Shown one piece after another: positions 41,369 to 51,900 of a stretch of 64,000 nucleotides of DNA. The stretch is taken from NCBI GenBank assembly GCA_965285935.1, contig OZ260665.1, positions 65,534,001 through 65,598,000 on the forward strand, given 5' to 3'. The first letter of the stretch is position 1, and every line of letters begins with the position of its first letter. The notes under the pieces were generated by a model, which saw only the letters and a list, made by a program, of their open reading frames with translations, was not told where the DNA came from and searched no databases. Made by a program: the position numbers and the translations under genes. The DNA comes from Ophelia neglecta (Eukaryota).

Positions 41369-44300
41369 ATAAACAGGGAAGTGGATAAGCTATTAAGGAA
41401 TCCTTCAAGTGCTTCAGGCAGTTTCTTTACAACCAAAAGACATGGCGCCACCCGCCTATATCCACAAAGCAGACCCCGCCCGCTACGGTCTATAAGTGCC
41501 ATTATATTTATCCGGATTTGTGTTTGTTGTTAAAGACTGCACAGCTTATGGCTGTGGACAATTTTGAATGTGAGGCCGGCCAGTTGACAGGAATACCAAT
41601 TGGGGATTTCCTTCTCGACAGTTATCCCGGCTCGGCGTTTTAGCCGGGAAGATTTGGATGGCCACGGCTTTTAGGCTGGCGGCTGGCTGCCAGTCCGGGG
41701 CCGCCGCAGATCGGGGCATGATACCGGTGATTAATGACACTGGCATGCTGTTTGGTCGGGCTCGAAGGGGTGGCCTATCTCGGACGTTCGGGCCGGAGGA
41801 TCAGCAGGCATGCCCGACCCCAGGGGCCAATCCGACGTCGGGCCACCGACCCCGCATCACCCGGGCGCCACCGCAAATCGTACATCACAAACTAATTGCC
41901 TAACTAATTTTATCCGACACCAAAAGTGACGCAAGACGCTGAAAAACTTATTACCCACAAGGTAGATTCTTGTTGGAAGGCGGCCGTGCCAATCCCGAGG
42001 GATCATGTGGTATTCTAAGCAAAACACCAAAAACTTCACTGCCAATGAGAAAGACCATCATTCTCTGTCAAAAGGCGGCCCGAGAAAGGGGCTTGCCGAA
42101 CGTGACTTCAATAACAGTGGGTGGTATCTTCTCTGTAGTACAACCCGCGACCGCCTTCAGACGTCCCTCTCGATAGACGGGCGGCAATCTGGCCACACCG
42201 GACGCTGACCCCCCTCCCTGTCGTCTGCTACAGGAAGTAACGTTGTCCAAATCCAACAACTGATCTCATTATACTCCAGACATATCACACAATATAAGAA
42301 AACATACCTGCTACATAGAATGTTTTGATATAGATAATCTATCTGAACAGTGCGTGCAGAAAATAAAGAGCCAATATTTTTTCTCTGTAATTAATTTTCT
42401 TCATAGCAGGTGCAAAGTCTCTATAGGGGACAGGCCTATATTCTTGCCTTAAGTTTCATTTCCTGTGTTGCATATAAACGGTTGACTCAAGAATATAATT
42501 GCCTATATCATATATACCTAAATGTAGGGCATCATTTCGAGGCATTTTTTTTTTCATATTGGTTTGGCCTGCATGCCTATCGAGGAACGCCGTAATATAT
42601 TTCCATATCTATAATAAAAATTCACTAATGACTGCAAAGTTGGACAGTAACATTTTATTGTTCCTTCCTTTTTTTGCATTTCACTATTCAATATTGCGTC
42701 TGATTCCATGGCATCCTATTAATTCACAGCCTCCATTACCAGCAATTAATGTCAGGAGTAATTTGATATGACAGTTGCCGGCAAATTCGTAGATGCCGAT
42801 ACGGTTTCCATATTTGTCTGGCATTCTCTGATCGGATTTAATGATAAAAGTCGTCTGCAAGTTAATGTCGCCATATTGCACGTGATTAATACGAGCGGAC
42901 AGTATCTTTGCCGTAGCTACCCATCCTTGGTAAAGATTGCCTTTATTATACTCTGGAGATCCCAGAATGCACTGCTGAAAAACAAGAAATCAGAGATGAC
43001 CACCTATCTAGACCAGTATCATAATTAAGAGCGAATAACCCGAACAGATATCCGCCATTTTATATGCACAAATAGGAAAAGGAGATGGCCATTTGAACAT
43101 GTTAATTTATCTGTGGCAATTATCTGATGTTGTGGAGATATTAAGTCTTGATAGGATTAATACACTGGGAAGGTTGATGTGTCCCTCGTGGTTTATAATG
43201 ACCAGGCAACAGAAGATCAGAATCCAGTATTGAACACTTCTATTGTCAGGCCATCTTCTTTTCCCCAACCGACAACGCTCTCGGAATGGTAACAACAACC
43301 ATTGATTTTCGAAAGATAAGGATCACCAGAGTTTAAATAATCTAAAGCATAATTAAGAAAAAGCAAGTTAATCATGAATCAGAACCAAGGAGCCTGGGTG
43401 TCACTTTTCCATTTTCATAAAGTGCCCTTTTTTTGTTTACCGGAAAGAGCGAATCTGATACCACAGACTAAAATTTCTGTGCCATCGCAAACAACCCCAC
43501 TTGTAATGTGTCAAACCCATCTTTGCTTCAGTACGAAAAGTCTGAAATGACCATTAGAAAAGAATGCTCTAAAACCGCAAGAGTCGAACTCGGATAAATC
43601 TCCACAATGGCTTCTGAAAGTGCAATTGCTCAAGATGACATCAGATTTCTGTGAACCTCGTGACATATTGGGGAAGAACTCACAATAGGACTAATTCTAT
43701 TGACCGAAACTCGGCTTTTATAGAGCAATGACAGTAATATGGAGAGCAAATATTTAACAAGAACGCTCTAGTCATGCGCCTCACGTTTCAGATGTTAAGG
43801 AGAACCATGGTCTTATCAGCCAATATGGTTGCTGGCAAACATATTTGACGTTGTGCAACCATTAGAGAAATCTAGCGGAAATTCGTCTCAGAATGATAAA
43901 ATTACATCAGTTGCCATCCCCGTCAGGCTTGCAAGAGCTTCTCCTCCACGACAATCACGAGGAACAACAACGCTTAATCATAACATGGCCGAAAGCAAGA
44001 TAGAAGAAAGCGGGGACTAATTGGTCTACCGATACCAGAGGCGTTATGGGTTGTCTTACAAGTAAAGCTACAAAACCGAGCCAATTTAAACGAAAATAGC
44101 AAATCTAGACAATATTGATTGGCAAGGCGGGGCAGTAATATATAAGCATTTACGAAGCTCTAGTTTTTTTTCTGACAAGACGTTTTCAAGGAGACGATAA
44201 CCCTTCTTACTAATTGATATATTGTTGATGCGTGTTTAAACTCAGTTAGGCGGTATGCAATAAGAAAACTGTTTTAAAACCATTAAGTTTTGTAGAAACC

Positions 44301-45354
44301 CGTTGAACAGTCGATGTAGCATCTAACGTAGAGATTGCTTTAATGTTTGAGTTGTGTTGATGCAAACTGGACCTTCAGTAGTGCTAAAAACAATGTGCCA
44401 CAGTACACTTTATATTTCTTTATTTGGGGTTTCTTGGCGAAATCAGAATTTGAATGCTGAGAGTAATTTGGGCAGAACATAGTGTAATTACAGGGAATGC
44501 AGGAAGAAATGGCCACAAAGAACAGTTTTGGTGGTATAACAGTGGTATCTAGTCTGTTATGTCCCCCACACAAGAGTAGAAGCATACTCTACGCCAATCT
44601 CTTCTATATGAAGATTGCCTCGCTGCAATTTTTTATTCTTTTTAGCGCTGATAACAATGCCCTGTAAACATGAACCCAGTAGTTATCGCACTCCTCCCAT
44701 TCACTATACATGGAACAAAAATGAGTCAGAGGCCTTTAAGATGATCAACTGACGTTCACTCAATTCAAACCAATATATCTAAAAAACCTAAACTAAAATG
44801 TTCAACCTATAAACTTAAACCATATCTCGTTTATTTTGCAGCATTAATGAAATAGATCATATCAAATGAAGCTGGTCAAATTGATACAACATGCTTACCT
44901 GGAAAATATTGTAACTTACTTTACCAAGCGTTTAACAACTAAAAAAGACACCACTACAATACAATTAGCCAACAAAAATGACTACAATATAAGACTTCGT
45001 AGCCTTAAGACCCCCCCCCCCGCCCTGTCATGCAAAGCCGACATCAATTTTTAAAAAAAAATTCTCATTTTTTCCCAGCAAAGTCGCCTAGAGTCCTAGA
45101 CGTGAGCCTTCTTCAGGAAGAAGCATTAAGGATGTCCAGGACAAAGTCCCAGCCACCAGTACTTTTACCTCATACCGCCCCTAAACTCTGTCTTCAAAAT
45201 TTAACACTTAATTCATGTGGTCCTGCTGTGCACATATTTGGCACAAGCTCATTCCAGACACACAAGTGTGATTAAAGTGTTATTAAAGTACAATTAAAAT
45301 GTATTTAAAATGTTACTAGTAACGAAATGAACAACCACGTTCTCTGAAAAATTC

Positions 45355-45360
45355 TTTATT
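45355..45360 (-). terminator. Likely aGPCR polyadenylation signal (alternative at 45442-45447)
   Basis: TTTATT on + (AATAAA on -) ~470 nt past the stop codon. Confidence 0.5.
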
Positions 45361-45827
45361 ATACAAACATTCTGAGCTAAATAAATGACATAGCAGCCAA
45401 ATGTCAGAACTGCATCTATAGTCTCATCTCAGAAATAATGGTTTATTAAAAACGTAACTATTTTTTTTTTATAAAACATTGTCTGTACAGTGATGTCAAC
45501 TAGCTTTCAAGTCACTCCAATGTTCGCTATATAACAAATGATAACACTAGATATACACATCCACGCTCTCCTGATACTCCTCGCGTCTTATCGACTCCTT
45601 GATCCACAAACATTAAAAGTACAAGCTCGTGTACATGTTCGCACAGGAATGTATGTATATTCAGTCTCTTAACAATAAAGAAAAAACAGGTTCAATGAAA
45701 CCATCAAATAAGCACCTAGTGTCGGTGCGTCTTTCATTCGAGCAATGTATATTGAGTCTGATGGCGTTAATTTCCTAATAGATTAAATGAGCCTTGAAGG
45801 AATGTTGCGATGAAAGATGAATTTGTG

Positions 45828-45986
45828 TCACACCGTAGTAACCATCATTTCACAGTCCGAGCCCTCTCCCTCACTGCTAGAAGCCTCGATATTGGCTTTG
45901 GTCCGTTTCTGTCGTGTTTCGGTGCCATTCAGTTGTTTTCTGGAGCGAAGTGTTGTTGTCGAAGATGGCTCCGGCAACTGGGGCTC
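45828..45986 (-). CDS. aGPCR terminal coding exon ending in class I PDZ ligand (VTTV*)
   Basis: Acceptor gatttcattccag| with an upstream CTGAC branch-like site; EPQLPEP...CEMMVTTV-TGA. Confidence 0.75.
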   Translation of the reverse strand, partial: EPQLPEPSSTTTLRSRKQLNGTETRQKRTKANIEASSSEGEGSDCEMMVTTV

Positions 45987-48900
45987 CTGGAATGAAATCG
46001 AGCAGGACACAGTCAGTGGACAGGTAACGGAGAAACATTGTCACTAAAAAAATAACTCAATCAAGCATCAGTTTGAAATATATAGTCCCGCCTAGGCTAT
46101 ATATACAGCGAACAAACTACTGGATTTGTTGATTAAACTGGGTCATTTCAAACAATGTGACTAATTATAATACTTAATTTATTAAAAGGAACTAACCACG
46201 TCCATCATTTCTTGAGTGAAAGCAAGGTCGTCCATTGAACTCGTAGGGGAATATTCATAACCTTGCTTCTCGAGATTTTTCTTTTTGGCTTGCACCTGAA
46301 ATATTGCTCGGATCTGTGGATAAAAACAGGTTATATGTTACTTCAAGTGCACAATTTCAATAAATCAAGTTTTACTTTTATTCACAGTCAATTACATTTC
46401 GTCGTGACTGAAGCGTGAGTCTTATTGGACAAATATCTTACCTCGTCGTGTAGGAGAAAGTAGAAAACAAAGAAAAATGAACCCTGCAACATAAAGGATG
46501 TTCTAAATGTTTCGTGTAACACAGGGACCCGAATTTATAATAATAACTACGGATGAGATTAAAAGTAGAAGGACACACATAAACAGCTAGATTCTATTTT
46601 AAAAATGCAAATAATGTTAGGCATAAGGTGGCATATCACCAGCTTTGTAAGGAAAAAAATAGGTAGCATGTCACTAGCTTTATGAGGATTTTAAACGCCG
46701 CCGGTAGTGTTATAAACGCCTATTGCGGCATATGAATGATAATTGTGAGATTTTGAAAAAAAAGGTTTTCCTTTTTTTTAAGTTTTAAACCAGACGCACA
46801 TAATACCAGCGCCATAAAGTCTGGAGATTTTCTGAAAGAAAAACTTGAACAGGCAACATTTTAAAGGAGCATCTGGCTTATTGCCGATGTCTTAGACCGC
46901 CGAGCTACCGCCTCTTTTGGGTTATGACACAATTAGCGTTCGTCATACCATATGTGCGCATCAGACGTACAACTGATCACAGATTCGATGCTTCAAGTAG
47001 CTTTTTCTCATTCGCTTGTCTCCTGACTTTATGGCCTTGGTATAATAGCGGTTATGTTCTCTGGTTCTGGATTATGCCAGAAATTGTCCTATTTGACTTG
47101 CGAGTAAATATGTGTTATTATCATTTGAATGTTTGATAAACACCGGTATGTCAATAATCGAGACTACTTTATTTCACCTGTAAGCCGTTAAATAGAGCGA
47201 ATAAGTATTTGATGATGATTCCTCTCATCTTGATAGAGAGGATGGCGAATGACCATTGTAACAATATGAGAATGACCTGGGTCCACAACGCCTTGGAGTA
47301 TATGCTGCCAAACATAAATATTAAAGTTAGCATTCGGTCAGGTAGTTTATAGGCCTATTTGACTTTCTTTTACGATATTTTAAAGAAGATATTTCAACAC
47401 ACGAGATAATTTATTGTTAAGTAAAGTATGAATAGCAAAATGAAACTCACATGATCATTTTGTTCGTCTTCTCATTCTTGGAATACGAACTTTCGTTATG
47501 TTCCTTTGCTGTGAAAATGAGTACCAGAACGGTAACCTACGAAGAAAAAAAACATATTACACAAAGAAAAATATATAACACAAAGAAAAAACCAAATATA
47601 CAAAGAAAAATGAGAAATAACAAAGAAACGAGAGGTCTAACAAAAAGAAAAAAAGATGTCTAACAATAGAATAGATAAAATAAATACACATAAGAATAAG
47701 TGATTTGGAACCTTGAGACTATTAAGCGTGCCCAAGCAAGATTCCCATTTGATAAGCACCCGTTTGGGCGCAAAATTGATTGAATTTATTAGTTCAAACC
47801 ACATGCACTAAAATTGTGCAAAACAGCTCAACGTTGGCAGACACTTGGGCTATATGATTATCTTGACAACTATAGTGAGTGAGGACAAATAATTGAAATA
47901 TAACAAACGAATTTTAGATTAAATGAAAATGGAATACGATTATAAGATTTGTATGTATTATTTCAATGTTAGTAAGTGTCCTATATCGTTTGAGGTCCGC
48001 CCCTAGTAGGCTTAGGTCTACACGTTAGGCCTACCGTCACTATATAGCCTATATAAATATTCAATTAACTGTCCATTAACTAAGTCTACGATATACGTTA
48101 GGACTTTGGACTTACTGATATGATTCCGATGGCTGGTCCAAGAAACAACCACAAATACTTCCAAGCAATCCAGCACCTACAAGAAAACAACATCATAGCT
48201 GAACACAAGTTTGTACTTGAATGCATCACTTTTTATCGCAAGAAGAGCCTCTTATCAAAAAAGGATATTAAGTAGTATTATTTGTTGTGTTACATTTCTT
48301 CGGCGTAGTAGTCGTCGGTGTGAGCTCCTATCAGAGCCCCGACCAACACTCCCGGTAACACTGGAAAACAAAACACTTTTTAAGTAGTTTGAATCAATAC
48401 ATAAAGCATACCGCGATGTCGACTGCAAAATTATACGGTATTTGATGGGCGAGTATAACATTTAAAAAAATCTAATTTATAATTATTCTTAATAATTGTT
48501 TGAAATTTATTTTGACATCTTAAAAAATATAAATATCAATACAGATGTCCAAAAATGGAAAGAAGGAGCATTATTAAAGTATTATAAGTTTTTGTTAAAG
48601 CCCCAGTCACACATAGTGGCGAATTAAGGCGAACCATTTGCGATCGATTTTGGTGGCGAACCGTGGCGAACTTTCTAAACTGAAAATCGTTTGCAACCTC
48701 TTTGAGAATAATTAACGACATATTAAAGACAATTACACGAATTTAACCATTTCACTTCAGGAATCTGTTACGAACATTGCGACACTTTGCAACAGACAGC
48801 GATTGTATGCGCATTGTCAGCGACCCCATTAACGATTAAGGCGCGAATATTAGCGATTAATTACGAATTTAATACGACACCTTAACAACAAAACGCGACG

Positions 48901-51900
48901 GCATGCACGATCACTTACGAGCATTTGAGACACATTGGGGCATATTTGCAATTAATTGCAACAATAAGCGATTATGATGGGATTCATTGCGAACGATTAC
49001 GAATTAAACAGATTTGGGTATATATATCCCATTCCTAGCAGCCGTGGACTTTTTGGCAACAGGGTTTTCCTCAACCTCGGGGATATCTAAAGCCTCGTCT
49101 TCAGACTGAGAAGGATTGGCCTCCTTCATTGGTGACATCCTGGTTGGTGGCCTTTTCCTTCCTTTTTTATCTTCCGAATTTTCCTTCTGGCCATAATTGA
49201 ACCCTCTTCACATGAACAATATAGAAACTGGACGAATCTTCTTTACCACTGGACCTCCATATATACCCGTCCTTGAAAAAGTCGACGATAGTCGTAATAT
49301 AGACGCAAGGTGTCTCAAACGGTCGCTAAAGGATTCTACGTCACGCTAAAAGGTCGCAGTGGTTTGCAAATTGTCGTTTGTGCATCGTAATGGCTGTCTC
49401 ATACATGTCGTAGTTTGTTGCTAAAGTTTGCCAGTTGGTCGGACTGGGTTCGCTAACAATTCGCAAAGCTGTTGCAAACGATCGTCAAGAGAACCATTTA
49501 CAACTCTTTTGCGATCACCTAAGACACATTTGGGAATCGTTAGAGAACACCTTACGACAAAAATAATTTAGCGAATTTTTTTGGCAGTCAAAAAAAATCG
49601 TAAAGCATGGCGATCATTGAACGAACCTTGGAGAATGTTAGAAGACTAAAATACGACAGTCCGAGACCACTTCACGAACTTCGGCGAATCGCGGTTCGTA
49701 AATGATTCGCCAAAGGTCGCGGCCATGTGTGACTGGGGCTTAAGCCCCAGTCACGCAAAAGAGTTGTAAATGGTTCTCTTGACGATCGTTTGCAACAGCT
49801 TTGCGAATTGTTAGCGAACCCAGTCCGACCAACTGGCAAACTTTAGCAACAAACTACGACATGTATGAGACAGCCATTACGATGCACAAACGACAATTTG
49901 CAAACCACTGCGACCTTTTAGCGTGACGTAGAATCCTTTAGCGACCGTTTGAGACACCTTGCGTCTATATTACGACTATCGTCGACTTTTTCAAGGACGG
50001 GTATATATGGAGGTCCAGTGGTAAAGAAGATTCGTCCAGTTTCTATATTGTTCATGTGAAGAGGGTTCAATTATGGCCAGAAGGAAAATTCGGAAGATAA
50101 AAAAGGAAGGAAAAGGCCACCAACCAGGATGTCACCAATGAAGGAGGCCAATCCTTCTCAGTCTGAAGACGAGGCTTTAGATATCCCCAAGGTTGAGGAA
50201 AACCCTGTTGCCAAAAAGTCCACGGCTGCTAGGAATGGGATATATATACCCAAATCTGTTTAATTCGTAATCGTTCGCAATGAATCCCATCATAATCGCT
50301 TATTGTTGCAATTAATTGCAAATATGCCCCAATGTGTCTCAAATGCTCGTAAGTGATCGTGCATGCCGTCGCGTTTTGTTGTTAAGGTGTCGTACTAAAT
50401 TCGTAATTAATCGCTAATATTCGCGCCTTAATCGTTAATGGGGTCGCTGACAATGCGCATACAATCGCTGTCTGTTGCAAAGTGTCGCAATGTTCGTAAC
50501 AGATTCCTGAAGTGAAATGGTTAAATTCGTGTAATTGTCTTTAATATGTCGTTAATTATTCTCAAAGAGGTTGCAAACGATTTTCAGTTTAGAAAGTTCG
50601 CCACGGTTCGCCACCAAAATCGATCGCAAATGGTTCGCCTTAATTCGCCACTATGTGTGACTGGGGCTTTAAATCAGGGTTCTTAGCTAACTCACTCCAG
50701 CCGAGGATGTAGTATCGCCACTGGGACCCTCCCTCCGTGTGTTCTCCGTGTGAGTGAGCCGCATAGGTTATCACGATATACAGGTTAAATGCTTCGTTCA
50801 TCAGCCAAGAAAACGTGGCCAGGAAAAAGTAGTGGAAGGCGATGGCAGACACCTGGCATAACATCTGAAATAAGATATTTACAATAGTAGTTATAAAATA
50901 GAACACTCAATATATCAAATAAGAATTAAGGGAGGGGTTTTTTCAAATATATATTTACACTAACCTCGTGCTCTAATCTGTCAATGCCAAACATGAACAC
51001 TATTTGACCGCCAAAGTTTGCCAGCGCAAAGTTTTTATGAAGAGCCGCAGTCTTGGTTGAGGTCCTGGAAATTAATACTACTTTTTTTTAGAAATCAAAA
51101 CTTCTTTCAAATCAGCTAGCCAGTTTAAAAGCCAAGCTGTTTCTGCCACTACTTCATTGAATCAGGCAGACACTGGAAAGTAGTATCATGCGTTAATGTG
51201 TAGAACATGTTATTAATTTTCTTATTTGCAGTCATTATAATGTTTCCGGTTGTTTAAATTTAAAAAAAACACATTGATTACTGTTCTTTATTTTAGAGTA
51301 AAAAACTGAGAAGAAAAACAATGTATCATATTCGGTTACTTTTTGCAATTTGGGCTACAAACTAGAATACTCCCTCGAGGAAGTTAAAATTACACCAATC
51401 AGAGCAATTTGAAATTAAACAATTATACACCATGCATAAATATACAGACACTGCTTATCGTGTACACTACATATATATTTACTTCCGGTGACACCCCTAA
51501 CCTGACCCCAATATACTTGCATACTAAATTATCATGCGACTGATTTCTTAATAATTGGCATGTTTTATCGCAATGCGATTTGAAGAAGTAGTACCTGAAG
51601 TAGACAAGCAGAATAAACGAGGTAAGGCACAGCAGTGCTGATATGGAGCATCCAATGTACGACGGAATCTCCATCAATATAATAGGCTCCTCGCCTTTGT
51701 CCCACTGAAAAATTAAAGTTAAATAACAAAACAAATAAATTAAAAATTCCACTTCAAGGTCGCAACTGCCGCTGTTAAATTGTGTCCAAACAAATTCGTC
51801 ACAGCTCAGAAAAACATCTACGAGTTTCTACACGCCTACAGATGCTCAAATACAATCCACGATAACACATTTAAACGATGAATAGGCTTAATATGTCAGA

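Noticed and set aside
40858-41502. Long ORFs across the second gap
   Set aside because: Inflated by N-runs and the GACA microsatellite.
9500-45300. Many 60-130 aa ORFs in the intergenic interval
   Set aside because: No domains, no chain of compatible splice sites, many non-ATG starts; lengths expected by chance.
46890-46915. tRNA/SINE head on minus (GGTAGCTCGGCGGTCTAAG)
   Set aside because: Only an A-box-like fragment with no B-box or body; too short to call.
48595-50672. piggyBac or Kolobok assignment from the outer TTAA flanks
   Set aside because: Ends are not CCC as in piggyBac, and the central junction has only TA between the TIRs; 3-bp TAA/TTA duplications explain all three junctions better.
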